Positions 1 to 13,336 of a stretch of DNA of 64,000 nt are shown piece by piece (position 1 is the first letter of the stretch; every line of letters begins with the position of its first letter). The stretch spans positions 34,348,001 through 34,412,000 of the forward strand of contig CATNEN010000038.1 of NCBI GenBank assembly GCA_950097015.1, given 5' to 3'. A program made the translations under genes and the position numbers. Under the pieces are notes generated by a model, which saw only the letters and a program-made list of their open reading frames with translations, was not told the origin of the DNA and did no database searches. The stretch comes from Macrostomum hystrix. Its lineage: Eukaryota; Animalia; Platyhelminthes.

Positions 1-141
1 GTTTTCTTGTCCCTTCTTCTTTCAAACCCCTGTCCCATAGAGCACTTTTCTCTGTCCAGAAGAACTCAGCTTCAGTTTGTATTCAGCTCCCATCATCAAA
101 GACTCAGTTGTTGTTTGCCTTCCACTTTCCCCCGTTTTTAG

Positions 142-3100
142 GCTTGGTTCGAAAAATTCGGCCCTAACGACGACTTATCAAAGCGGGACGCCAGCTTCGG
201 CGACTGGTACGTCAAGGCCGTACCCGGTACTGTGCTACAGGTGGTATTCGAATGGCTGGATAGGTACAGCCGGGCCGAATATCTGTCACCCAAGATGCTC
301 TATCATATGCTAAGCTACTTGGACACTGCCGTGCCTTACGCGCACACCTGGCGTTATATTAAGCCGCACATGCAGGAGGTCATTGCCAGAGTCTGCTTTC
401 CTTTGTTGTGTCACAGCGACTCAGATGCCGAATTGTGGGAATCCGATCCTGTTGAGTATGTCAAGGTGAGCCGCCTTGTGTTTGTTAATTTTTTTGTCTA
501 ACAATTATGCAAGTGTAGTGGCTGAGACTGCTGGCAGGATAATGGCCAGGGGCTGGAAGTACAAGACGACAGCTCGGAGTATAATGAACTGAATCGCTGG
601 TACGATAAGAAATAGAAGCACTCGAACGATAAGAAATAGAAGCACTTAAACGATAAGAAATAGAAGCACTCGAACGATAAGAAATAGAAGCACTCGAACG
701 ATAAGAAATAGAAGCACTCGAACGATAAGAAATAGAAAAACTTAAACGATAAGAAAAAGAAGCACTTAAACGATAAGAAATAGAAGGATAATCAATGGAA
801 GCGCTCATAGGATAAACATTTGAAGCACTCATAGGATAAACATTGGAAGCACTCATAGGACAAACAATGGAAGTGCTCATAGGATAAACAATAGAAGCGC
901 TCATAGGATAAACAATGGAAGCGCTCATAGGATAAACATTTGAAGCACTCATAGGATAAACATTGGAAGCACTCATAGGACAAACAATGGAAGTGCTCAT
1001 AGGATAAACAATAGAAGCGCTCATAGGATAAACAATGGAAGCGCTCATAGGATAAACATTGGAAGCACTCATATGATAAACAATGGAAGCGCTCATAGGA
1101 TAAACAATGGAAGCACTCATAGGATAAACAATGGAAGCGCTCATAGGATAAACAATGGAAGCGCTCATAGGATAAACAATGGAAGCGCTCATAGGATAAA
1201 CAATGGAAGCGCTCATAGGATAAACAATGGAAGCGCTCATAGGATAAACAATGGAAGCGCTCATAGGATAAACAATGGAAGCGCTCATAGGATAAACAAT
1301 GGAAGCGCTCATAGGATAAACAATGGAAGCGCTCATAGGATAAACAATGGAAGCGCTCATAGGATAAACAATGGAAGCACTCATAGTATAAACAATGGAA
1401 GCGCTCATAGGATAAACAATGGAAGCACTCATAGGATAAACAATGGAAGCACTCATTGTATAAACAATAGAAGCGCTCATAGGATAAACATTGGAAGCAC
1501 TCATTGTATAAACAATGGAAGCGCTCATAGGATAAACATTGGAAGCACTCATAGGATAAACAATGGAAGCGCTCATAGGATAAACAGTGGAAGCACTCAT
1601 AGGATAAAAAGTGGAGGCACTCATAGGATAAACAATGGAAGCGCTCATAGGATAAACAATGGAAGCACTCATTGGATAAACAATGGAAGCACTCATTGGA
1701 TAAACAATGGAAGCACTCATTGGATAAAAAATGGAAACGCTTGGAGGATAAATAATTGAAAACTTAGAGGACAATAGATGTTAACACTCGACAGTAACAC
1801 TAGCACTAACAGTCGGGGTATAATAAATTGGAGAACTCAGAGCCTCACCAAATATATTCATATAGAAGAAATAAATATATTCATGTATACAATAATGCAT
1901 ATAATATATACATGCTAATCCAGTTTAACGCATTTCAACTTCACACCCGCCCGACTCAGGTGAAATTCGATGTTTTCGAAGAGTTCAGCAGCCCGACACT
2001 GTCAGCTCAGAATCTGATCCATACGGCCAGTCAGAAGCGTCGCGAAGTTCTTGATAAATGCATGCAGTTCTGCGTTGAACTGATCAACCGAGACCCGGCG
2101 CCGCCTAAGGAGCTAGACGGAGCACTGCACATTGTCGGCGTGGTTGCCGACCTGTTGGCTAAAAAGCGGCTCTACAAGCGCGAAATTGAGCGATTCCTGC
2201 GCGACAAAGTGTTTCCACAGACGCGCTCGCCGCACGGCTTCTTACGGGCCAGGGCCTGCTGGCTGTTTCAGCGCTTCTCCGAGGCCAAGCTGTCGCCTGA
2301 GGCGCTCAGCCAAATTGCCGAACTGATCCAGCGGGGTCTTGTTGAAGAGAAAGAACTGCCAGTACGCATGGAGGCCGCGTTGGCTCTGCAGGACCTGCTA
2401 AATGATCAGGATGAGTTCGCTGACATTGCTAAGCCGTACATACCGGCTATGCTGCAAGCTCTGCTAGAGACAATGCGACAGACTGGCAGCGACGAGCTCA
2501 ATAGTGTCCTGCAAAAGGTGAGCACTTTTGTGGGGCCGATTCCCCTTCTTTAGTTGATGACAGTCTAGCCAGTGGGGTGATTGACAGCCATTACCCTACT
2601 ATGCTTAATGACAGTCAAAGCACCTGGGGTGATTGACAGCCGATTCTCCTAGTATGGTTCATGACATTCAAGTCCCTTAGGGGTGATTGACAGGTTTGAT
2701 GACAGTCAAAGCGTGATTGACAACCAATAAGTCTGAGATGGCTGTAATTCTGGAAAGTGACAACCAACTAATCTGAGAAGATTCTTAAGCAATCAAATCA
2801 CTTTCATGCTCACTAATTAACAGGTTTTCTTAGAATATCGCGAAGAAATCGGGCCGCTTGCCCAGTCGATTGTACAACAATTGTCCGACACCTTTGTTCA
2901 ATTGTTGAAATCCACTGTACACGGCGGAGCCGGCAACGAAAGCGGCGTAGCTCCCGCCGGCGATGAGGATGACGAGGACAGCGCCATGCTGGCCATGGGC
3001 ATTCTGACCACACTGGAGACCATTGCCAGCGTGCTAGAAGAGGACAGCCAGCTCATGTCTCAGCTGGAACCAATTATGATTGGCCTAGTGAGGTAAGCGG

Positions 3101-5458
3101 ATGCGATATTCATAATTTTCAGGTTTCAAATTTTCCAGGTTTTCCATGTTTTTACGGTTTTTTTGTTTTCCCTTGGTTTTCATGTTTTCTGGCTTTTACG
3201 TTTCTTTTCCAGTTTTGTCCATGTTTTCTAATCCCAAATTTCACGTATTTTCCGGGTTTATATGTTTCTTTTCAAGTTTACGTGTTTTTCCGGGTTTATA
3301 TGTTTTTTTTCAAGATTACGTGTTTTTCCGGGTTTACTTATTTTTCTGGCCTTTTTTGCTTTGCATGGTTTTACGTGCACTCCTTTTTTTTAATATTTTT
3401 CCCACCTGTTTTACCGGTTTTCGTGGGTTTCCTGCATTCCTACAAACGCATTGCATTCGCAACAGGTACATTCTGACTGACGGCATTGTGGAGTACTACG
3501 AAGAAGCCATCTCTCTGGCGCACAGCCTAATCTGCGAGAGAATCTCCGACCAGATGTGGACCGTGCTGCCGCTGCTCTTCGCCTGCTTTGAACGCGACGG
3601 TCCCGACTACTTTAGCGACATGATGAACCCGCTGTACTGCTACGTGACCGTTGATCCGGATGCCTTCCTGGCCGATCCGAGCCGGATTGACTTCGTCCTG
3701 CGCATGTGCTACAGCGTGCTAGAAAGCGGCGGCGCCGACGAAGACACGGAGTACAATGCCGCTAAACTGCTCGAGGTGCTGCTGCTGCAGTATCCGGGTC
3801 GCATCGATGCCCTGGTGCCGCGCATTCTCCAGGCTGCTGTTGTTCGGGTACTGGGCGATCGTCCGGTGGCCACCTCGGAGCTGCGAGCCATGTGCCTGCT
3901 AGTGGGCGTGGCGGCCCTTCTGCACTGGCCCGAGGCCACCCTGCAGCTGCTGACACAGCAGCCTGGCCTGTTCGAAAGATTCCTTGGTATGCTTCTATCC
4001 ACTGGGGACCCACAGAAATGTCTATCGACATATTGGGTATATGTACCATATGCACTGACCTACACCCACTATATTTAGTGTCTTTCTTATGTGCAAACTA
4101 AATTAACAAGAAATCTTAAGGGTCAGTGGCAGAGCGGTCTAAAGCGTTTGCCTCTCGCACCAAGGTCCCTGAGTTCGATTCCGCGGCGAGGCCACATCAA
4201 TTTGGGGCGCAGCCGCGGAGAGAAGGCTTGGGGGCTTGTCGTGTAAAACTATGCACTTGAGGGCCAACCTCCAACGCACTTTGAAAGTGTACACTGCCTG
4301 ACGATGAGAAAGTCAGGGCAGATGTACTCACCTGTGTGACAGTGTGCCTGTGCGGATGGTATCTGTGCGGGTGTGCGCTCAGGAGTCAGCGAAATGGGCA
4401 GAATTGCCTTCTCGCTGGCTGCGGTTCTAGTGCCACCAAATGATGCGCCACTGCCCGCAGCCCTCCTGCAATTATTTTTTTTTACGAGTATGTTTGAGTA
4501 TTTACGTTAATTATTTAATTGATTTGTGTTTATTTGATTCGTTTGTTTGAGTACCCCGTGTCAGTTATTCTATCCACCGGGAACCCACAGAAATATCGAT
4601 TGACCTTAAATCAACCTGCCATATTATCCAACAGCCCAGTGGATCTCGGATGTGGACTGCTTTCTCAGCCTGCACGATCGCAAGCTGTGCGTACTCGGCT
4701 TCTGCACACTGCTGACCTGTCCACCCGAGCGAATGCCCGCCTGCTTCGCTGCCGCTCTGCCAAGCCTTCTGCCGCACTTTCTCAGCCTGTTCCACGGACT
4801 GAAGGCCGCCTATCAGCTCAAGGGCCGGCTAGAGAACGACGATGACGACGACGATGAGGAAGAGCAAGTCGACGATGAAAACGGCGCCGATAGCAGCCGG
4901 CGCTCCAACGGGAAGCCAAACAAAGACGATGAGCACAAAGAGCTGGACAGCGACGAAGACGACATAGATCCCGATCAGGAAGAATACGTTGCCAGATTAA
5001 AGAAATACGATCAGAAACAGCAGAAAGGTGAGAATGGCGACGATAACGGCAACGCCGAGGGCGACGATGACGACGACGATGAAGAATACGAAGACGAGGA
5101 TTTGGTTAATCCTATGTACAGCACTAAGCTGGATGAAGACGATTGCGAACTAGACGAATACGCGGTGTTCAAGGCCACCCTGGATGGCCTGGCCGGTGGT
5201 CAGGTGTACACGCAGCTGCTAGGCGTAGCCAATGAGCAACAGCGGACCCAGCTTCAGGATGTGCTACATATGGCCGAGCTGAGGCTTAGCGCTCGCCAAT
5301 CGAAAAAGATTGGCCAATCAGGCGGCTACACCTTCGCCCAGACTGCTATACCAACGGCGTTTAACTTCGGCTCCGGTGGGGTGGCTGGAGGCGCCGGCGG
5401 CCCGACCTTCATGATGGGCGGCGGAACTTCTTCATCTGGCGGCGCAGCCAGTCAGTGA
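142..5458 (+). CDS. IPO7: Importin-7/8 family nuclear transport receptor, 5'-partial. Exons 142-465, 1960-2517, 2824-3092, 3466-3986, 4635-5458
   Basis: GT-AG introns with compatible phases. Importin-7 motifs: ELWESDPVEYVK|VKFDVFEE, HGFLRARACW, ELPVRMEAALAL, QWISDVDCFLSLHDRK, an acidic tract and C-terminal GGYTF..PTAFNFG. Upstream exons lie outside the window. Confidence 0.92.
596..1755. repeat. 24-bp minisatellite in an importin intron (CGATAAGAAATAGAAGCACTCGAA grading into ATAGGATAAACAATGGAAGCGCTC), ~48 units
   Basis: Tandem units read directly; spurious ORFs show 8-aa periodicity. Confidence 0.95.
4120..4472 (+). mobile_element. tRNA-derived SINE, family A (full length)
   Basis: A-box-like GTGGCAGAGCGG and B-box GAGTTCGATTCC. 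Homologous copies at 37213-37541 (-) and 10395-10545 (+). Confidence 0.8.
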
Positions 5459-6250
5459 AGCTGCTACTTTTATTGTTTAACCAGTACAGGCCTTGTATTT
5501 ATCATTTAACGAGTATAATGCGTGGTTTTCAATCCTTTCCTAGAAACACTGCCAGATGCTAATTGGCAGTTTTTTGGTGTCCCGATTTCAATTTAAGTCT
5601 CCGAAATGATCCGCTGGGCTACTTATAGTAGGCCTTAACGTATCTGTGCAAAAATTCGGATTGCGGCTTGTCGGTTGAGCCTGGCTAATGATGGCTGTCT
5701 CAGCCAGAAACCGGTTCTAGGCTAAAAAACTGCCGCCTGCCTATTTCTTGCATCTACACTATTGATTAGAGAGGCTTGTATGTCCCCCAGAGAATTGTGC
5801 CTAAAACACCTAAGCTAGCTGTCTCTCAGCAGCTTGCACCTCATGCTTATGGCTATAATTATGTTTCCTTTGTTCAGCAGTTTTGATTTTTTGCTTTATT
5901 CGGGTAAGAAAGTACTGCTGCAATTCTTTTAACTGTTATTTATTTTTAATTATTATTAAATCCATCAAGCAATCAAATTGTTTATTTTTGGCTGGCAATC
6001 TGACATTAAAAAAGCACAGATAATATAACAATCGACTGGGTTTAATTTTGCTTTGATCTGCTGTTTAGAAGTAACGACCAGTTAGTGTGGCTTCTAAAAA
6101 TGTACTGTTCTGAGGGTGGTTAGATATAAAAGTTAAATCTCTTAAATTGATAAATATTTAATCAGTTTTTAATTAAAAGAATTAACGCGTTTCTCAGTTA
6201 AAAATGTTTCTCCTAAAATCTAAAAGTCATCTAAAACTAACGATTTATAA

Positions 6251-7116
6251 CAGGGGTCGGCAAACTCCGGCCCGCGGGCCAGATGCGGCCCTCGAAGCTC
6301 CCAAATCCGGCCCGTTACCCATTCTGACATCTACAGTGTCCTATTTCATCTCTTTCCTGTCTCATCTCTCCCGTGTCTCATCTCTCCCGTGTCTAAACTC
6401 TCCCGTGTCTAATCTCTCCCGTGTCTCATCTCTCCCGTGTCTAAACTCTCCCGTGTCTAATCTCTCCCCTGTCTCATCTCTCCCGTGTCTAATCTCTCTC
6501 GTGTATCATCTTTCTTTGTCTCATGTCTCCCGTGTCTAATCTCTCCCGTGTCTCATCTCTCCCGTGTCTAATCTCTACTGTGTCTCATCTCTCCCGTGTC
6601 TCATCTCTCCCGTGTCTCATCTCTCCCGTGTCTAATCTCTACTGTGTCTCATCTCTCCCCTGTCTCATCTCTCCCGTGTCTCATCTCTCCCGTGTCTAAT
6701 CTCTACTGTGTCTCATCTCTACTGTGTCTCATCTCTCCCCTGTCTCATCTCTCCCGTGTCTCATCTCTCCCGTGTCTAATCTCTACTGTGTCTCATCTCT
6801 CCCGTGTCTAATCTCTCCCGTGTCTAATCTCTACTGTGTCTCATCTCTCCCCTGTCTCATCTCTCCTGTGTCTCATCTCTCCCGTGTCTCATCTCTCCCG
6901 TGTCTCATCTCTCCCGTGTCTCATCTCTCCCGTGTCTCATCTCTCCCGTGTCTCATCTCTCCTGTGTCTAATCTCTCCCGTGTCTCATCTCTCCCGTGTA
7001 TCATCTCTCCCGTGTCTCATCTCTCCCCTATCTAATATTTATACAGTCAATGCGGCCCGCTGTCGTCTTTTAGATTCTCTCTTTGGCCCGCCAGCAAATA
7101 AGTCTGCCTACTCCTG
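6251..7116. mobile_element. Non-autonomous hAT-type DNA transposon (MITE) with an internal 16-bp minisatellite
   Basis: Imperfect TIRs CAGGGGTCGGCAAAC / GTCTGCCTACTCCTG, subterminal GGCCCG motifs, and a perfect 8-bp TSD ATTTATAA at 6243-6250 and 7117-7124. Confidence 0.9.
6336..7035. repeat. 16-bp minisatellite (TGTCTCATCTCTCCCG)n, ~43 units
   Basis: Tandem units read directly. Confidence 0.95.
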
Positions 7117-8791
7117 ATTTATAAAAAGGTAGCTTAAATTGAACATGTGAGCCTAAATATTTACTATGAAAGGTAACGTTCCTTACGTAAGTAACGTTGG
7201 TTTTTTAAACAAAAGTAGCGCTTTTTACTTTCTACTCCTAAATCTTGAGTGCAGAATTAACTTTATTTATTGTCTATGACAATACCAGCTCAAACAGGTG
7301 TTGCTTCTGAAGGTGATTGTCTAAATTCTTATCCCATATTTTTTATCTGACGCGGCTAAGCTAAATTCGCTGCTCAATTATCTCTCTTCCCTGACTTAAG
7401 TCCTGATATATTAAGCAGTTTTCGCTTTCTACAAATATTATTAATTACGCTTGTGTTCCGAATTCCCAGTTTCATAGATGCTAAAAATTTGCGCCCGAAT
7501 TTTTTCTGAACGTATTTCAATCATTAAATTTGTATTTTCTTAAACGTTTACTTCTAGAAATCAAGGCCAGAATAGATATAATATTTGTATGGCAAAAAAT
7601 ATTTTTCTCACGTATATTTTTCACCTTTTTGAGTGAGACAGCTAAATTTATTATTGCAAGACATGCTACTCTAAGTAAAATGGTTAGCTTTGTGTGCGTA
7701 AGTTATTATCAAGTTTCTGCAAATTTTTCTAATACTCAGATAAAAAATTCCATTTAAGAAGACCTAATATAAAAATACAGTATCAAAGATTAAAGCTTCA
7801 GTGTTGTCTTTTGAATATCGTAAAAATGTCTTTTATATAACTACTATTTGTTAAATGGTATTCGTTTTATTATATCATTACGTGCTATCACTCAGCTCTA
7901 TATATTTCGCAGGCCCTTCTCTTTCTCTAGTCTTGCCTTCTTTCTGCATTACTTATGCCTGACTACTAAAAGTAATGCTTCTCGAGAGTTTTGTCTTCAA
8001 TCTTTGCTGCTAATTAACATCAATACCGCCACTTTAAATTAAATTGAATGTTAATGTTTTGGGGACTTTTTTGTTTTGTTATTTAATGACAACTTCTTTT
8101 GAATGATGGCTGTCAAAACTTTTTTACTGCTGTTGCTGCTGCTGCTGCTGCCTGAGTTTTGTGATGACGGCCTCTAGCAGTGGAGAGTATAGAATAACTA
8201 TGCCACTATTTAAATATTTCAATTCTAACAAATGTCCGCCTGCTCTGGTATTTGTCTCACTTTCAATTGAAAACAGTTTTTTTAAACAGCAACAACAACC
8301 TAATAAAGCAAACGGTAAAAACTGGGCGACAACCGTTTCGTTGTGAAAGGCTTTTCCTTTTCTGTTTCTGGACAACTTCTGTCTTATCTGACTTATTTAT
8401 TTAGTTTTAACATTTCGATAGATTAGAAAGTGTTAGATATTGTAGAACATAGCGGCGCTTCTGAAGTCTGTGTACATCTGTGAAGTCCGTGGACCGGCCT
8501 TTGCACTGATACTGATACACCATTTGATCCTGACACTGCACGGAAGTGATTCTGCCCATTCTGCTGACTCTTAAAATGACAACTTTTTTGATACTGCGGA
8601 CCTCATTATGTTGGACACATGTTTCCCTTGAACACAGTCGGGTAAAAGGAAGGAGTAACTATCTATGCCTTCATATTTAGCCATGTTAATAGTACTCAAT
8701 GGTGAATTACTGGATCACGTTGATTTTTTAATCACGACACGACCTTTTTGCGAATTTGCAGACGAGCAGGTAGCCCTCTCTAATTCACAGC

Positions 8792-11594
8792 ATGTCTCAT
8801 GAACAGCAGCAGCGTAGCAGCAAGCGGGTTCAAAGTATAGGCGGCCAGCAGCAGCCTGCTAGGCAGTCGCCGTCCGTTGGTGGTCGCGCTAGCAGCGGCG
8901 GGCGTCTATCGACCGGCCTTGGCGGCGGCAGCGGCGGCGGTGCCAAGGCGGGCCCGAAGTTAAACTTTAAGCAGACTTGCAGCCTGAAAGAGGGTCACGG
9001 CCAGTCTGTCTATGCTGTTCAGTTCAACACTGGCGTTGGCGGCTGCGACGAGCCCTGCCTGTTTGCCACAGCCGGCGCCTGGTACGTGACCGTCTACGCC
9101 TGCCTGCCCGATGGCGTGGTTGAAACTCTTCAGGCCTACGCTGATCCGGCTGGCGAAGACGAAGAGTTCTGCTGCCTAGCCTGGTCTGTAGATCCCGTCA
9201 CTAGGCAACAGGTGAGTGCTTGTTGAGTCAGAAAAACGCTACACTGATTTTTTATTATCTCCTAATCTGGTTTGAGAATCTCCATCTCGTTACTAAGTCT
9301 TCTTAAATCTCTTTCTGAGAATAGTAAAAATCTAGCTTTAAAATCGTCACAATCGAGCTCAAGAATCGTCTTTATCTGAATAAGAAATCGTCCCAAACTG
9401 GTTACAGAATCGTCTCAAACTGGCTTGAAATTGTTCCAAACTGGCTTGAGAATCGTCCCAAACTGGCTTGAGAATCATCCCAAACTGAATTGAGAATCGT
9501 CCCTAAGTTGTCCTGAGAATCGTCCCAAACTGGTTTAAGAATCATCCCAAACTGAATTGAGAATCGTCCCTAAGTTGTCCTGAGAATCGTCCCAAACTGG
9601 TTTAAGAATCATCCCAAACTGAATTGAGAATCGTCCCTAAGTTGTCCTGAGAATCGTCTCAAACTGGTTTAAGAATCGTCTCAAACTGGTTTAAGAATCA
9701 TCCCAAACTGGTTACAGAATCGTCTCAAACTGGTTACAGAATCGTCTCAAACTGGTTTAAGAATCGTCCCTAAGCTGTCCTGAGAATCGTCCCAAACTCT
9801 ACTAACGTATGCCTAAAAATCACCCTAGTCTTAACCCTTGCCTATTTCTGGCTTAAAACCCTGGCAACAATGCGCCCAAATTTCTCACTCAGGTAATTTT
9901 AACCGCCGGCAAGCGGGGCGTGATTCGCGTCATCTGTCCCTCCATGGCCGCCTGCATTAAAAGTCTAGTTGGTCACGGCAGCAGTGTGAATCATCTCAAG
10001 GTCAGCCCGCGCGATCCCTCCCTAGTGTTTACCTTCTCCAAGGATTACACAGCCAGGGTGTGGAATCTTGCCACCGGGCATCAAGTGGCCATCTTTGGCG
10101 GCTGCGACGGCCACCGCTCCGAGGTACTCCACGGTGACGTGAATCCCGACTGCAGCCTGCTGCTCTCCTGCGGCATGGATCACTCAGTGCGACTGTGGCG
10201 CCTAGACCGGCCTGAGTTCCAGCAAGCGGTGCAACTCTCCAAGACCTGGTCGGATGAGAAAGAGAAGAAGCGCTTCCCAACATGGATGCAGCATCATCCG
10301 GACTTTGTGACTAGAGAGGTGCCTAATTTGCTTTGTTATAGAGCTTACAAGTTTTTGTACCCAAAGAATCAGTATTTATGATGGCCAATATTTTCGTACC
10401 AAGGTCCCTGAGCTCGATTCCGCAGTGAAGCCACATTCATTAAGGGGACATGCAGCCGCGGAGAGAAGGCTTGGCGGCTTGTTGTGCAATTTACGCCATT
10501 GAGGGCTAACCTCCAAGGCACGTTAAGAGTGCACACTGCCTGTAGGTTGCACGACAAAGCTCGACAATCGAACTTTGGGACGCTTGGTGCGAGTGGAAAA
10601 CGAGTTTAGCGTTAGATCAATAATGGGGTACAAATTTAAATGGGTTTTGCGGCCTCGCAGTCCACAGACTGAACGGCTGTACGCTGCCACTGCCTGTACA
10701 CCTTTATAGTAGTCCTTTCTATCGTATTATGTACCTATTTACTAGGCTTTTTAGTTAAACGTTGCATTTGATTCTCCATCGCACAGGTACACGGCAACTA
10801 CATCGACTGCGCCGCCTGGTTCGGCAACTGCATCCTATCCAAGTCCTGCGAATGCTCTGTTGTCCTATGGAAACCCGGCAGTCTGAAAACTGCCCAATGC
10901 GGACCGTTAAAGCACACTGACAGCACCATGTCTGTGCTGTGCACCTTTGTTGTTAAAGGTTGCAATATTTGGTTCATCAAATTTGATCTACACCTGCCAA
11001 CTAAAGTGAGAACTGTACTTTTATATTATAGTTTGATAGTAGGGCCGCTATAATTACTCACTCAAACACTCACTCAATCACTCACTCAGTCACTCACACT
11101 CTCACTCACTCACACTATCACTTGCCCACTCACTCATTCACTCACTCACTAACTCACTCGCACTCCCTCTAACTCACTCACTAACTTACTTACTGACTCA
11201 CTCAATCTCTAACTCACTACTCACTCGCTCACACACTCACTCACTCACTCACTCACTCACTCACACACTCACTCACTCACTCACTCACTCACTCACACAC
11301 TCACTCACTCACACACTCACTCCCCATCCTTTACTACAATCTCAGCGTCTCGCCGTTGGCGACTCTGGCGGCAAAGTATTGTTATTCGACCTAGACGCGC
11401 CGGACATATATGAGATACGGCCGGCCACGCTGAATGTGACTAAAGGCCAGGGTGCCGTTCGACAGACCTGTTTCAGTCGGGACGGCTCCGTACTGCTGTG
11501 CGTCTGCGACTTTGGCCTAGTGGTGCGCTTTGATCTGGACAAGCAGAGCTCGGCCACAGGAACTGCGGCCGGCAAGAAGGGATCGTCCAAATAG
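8792..11594 (+). CDS. EED: Polycomb PRC2 WD40 subunit EED/ESC. Exons 8792-9211, 9893-10318, 10787-11005, 11346-11594
   Basis: Three phase-0 GT-AG introns. Matches EED throughout: AVQFN, AGKRGVIRVI, VAIFGGCDGHRSEVL, SCGMDHS, HGNYIDC..W.G..ILSKSCE...WKPG, VRQTCFSRDGSVL. Confidence 0.93.
9350..9800. repeat. ~22-bp minisatellite (AAACTGGTTTAAGAATCGTCTC) with a 67-bp higher-order unit, EED intron 1
   Basis: The higher-order unit recurs at 9481, 9548 and 9615. Confidence 0.85.
10395..10545 (+). mobile_element. Partial SINE family A copy in EED intron 2
   Basis: CCAAGGTCCCTGAGCTCGATTCCGC...GCAGCCGCGGAGAGAAGGCTTGG...CACTGCCTG matches 4160-4300. Confidence 0.75.
11055..11322. repeat. Imperfect (ACTC)n microsatellite filling EED intron 3
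   Basis: Read directly. Confidence 0.9.
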
Positions 11595-12274
11595 TTGTTA
11601 CCCTGCCGGACGCTAACGCACTTATTTAATTATAACAAATAGCTGATCCTCGTGTTGGCTAGCATTTTCCATCAGCTTAACATAAAAGTATAAATGGTTC
11701 GTTGCTAAATGAAATATGATTTAACCTCGATGCCTGCTGTCACAGCTAGTTTAATGGTGTTGATATGTCCGTCTGCTTATACTCACTAATGTTTCATAAT
11801 CTTATCGATAACTGTGTACTTTTTGTACAGTTTATATTCCATCTGCAGTCATTAATTCGTACATCTACGGGTGTGACATCGTAAATGTTAATATGAAAAA
11901 AAAATTGTACAACATGTCTTTCTTGCTTTACTAATTATCCCCTACGAATTTTCAATGCGAGCATTGTGTTATAAAATTTTACCCTAAATAAAAGCGCAGT
12001 AAAACTTGTGAACTTTCGACTTCCACAGGTTCCAACTGTAAGTAAATTGCAGCAAATTATACTTTCATTTATTCAAAAGGGCATGAAAACAGGTAATTCC
12101 ATTATTGGATTCAATTTTTTTCTTTGCTTAAATAATTGATCACGAACTAGAAAAGGTCTACGTAGGTATGGGGTATATATTTGCATTTAGAGATCTTTAA
12201 ACGAGTTCAAATAATGCTTTCGACTGCTTGTTAATCCAATGATTGTATGCTAATAGCAGATAAAAATATATAAT

Positions 12275-12495
12275 TGATTACACCTGCCCCGATCGGGCCA
12301 GATGTGCAGCAGACAGCACAGCCGCAGCACATCTAAATGCTGCGTATTGTACGGCTGTTCAGTCCATGGACTTGAAGGACGCCACACCCACGCTCAATTA
12401 CCCAAGCTGATGTTGGTACCCATTTAACAGTCGGGAATCAAACCTCCGACCTTTAAGTCGTGAGTCTGACGCTCTAACCACTAGGCTACAACTTC
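12275..12495 (-). mobile_element. tRNA-derived SINE, family B (internally deleted)
   Basis: Reverse complement reads TTGTAGCCTAGTGGTTAGAGCG...TGTTAAATGGGTACC...AGTCCATGGACTGAACAGCCGTAC...GGGGCAGGTGT, matching 61808-62086. Confidence 0.8.
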
Positions 12496-13336
12496 CCTTT
12501 AATAGCTGATGTATGATAAAAGACAGTCAGTATCCCTTAAAAGAAGGCCAAAACATTCTATAATGACCACGATATGTTTTTTTTAATTTAAACTTTTTTA
12601 TTATCATTGATCGAACCAGCGGGTGCATTCACTTATCTGTTTAATAGTTAAGAGCGATGCAAAACTGTGATTCTCTTTTACAATGCATGCGACATTGTTT
12701 ATGGAAAATTCTGTCGAAAAAAAAGTAGTTTAGAAAGTCTTCCATTGCGAAATGGCTTAGCAAATCTTGAGAAATCAATGCTGTAACACGGACAATTAGA
12801 AGTGGTGGTCGTTGGCTGTCTGTTGTCGAAGGTAGAATGTTGTTTTCTAGGTTACTAATTATCTTGTTTTCATTTTAATTGTTTCCATATACAAGGGGTT
12901 TAATTACATTTTTTACTTCTGTGGGTTTTTTAACCCTTCAAGAGTTTCTTTTACTAAGCTAAATTCAGTTCGATAACTTTCAATTTCTGTTAATTTATCT
13001 AATTTTTACACGGCGCAGACTCGTTGAGCTGTATTTCGTTTTAAATGTGCAATTGTAGAATGGTTGCAAAACGCTATTAGATTAAAAATAAATTGTTTCT
13101 ATTTTTATGGTACCATAGCGTCACAGAGTTTCTATCGAGAGTTTTTTACCCTGAGCTGCCAGAGCTGAAATTTATTATTTATAATTTATAATTATAGATA
13201 TAATTTATAATTTATTATTAGTTTTCAGTTTTTAATAAAAAAAATAATATATCTTGAATCAAATGCATTTTAATCGTAATATACTTCACGAAACTAAGCC
13301 ATAACTTTATTGCCTACTAAAATTGACTTATTCATC

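Noticed and set aside
4120-4195. tRNA gene (also 31060-31120, 37090-37155 and 61808-61860)
   Set aside because: A and B boxes are present but the cloverleaf is imperfect, and each continues into or matches a dispersed SINE body.
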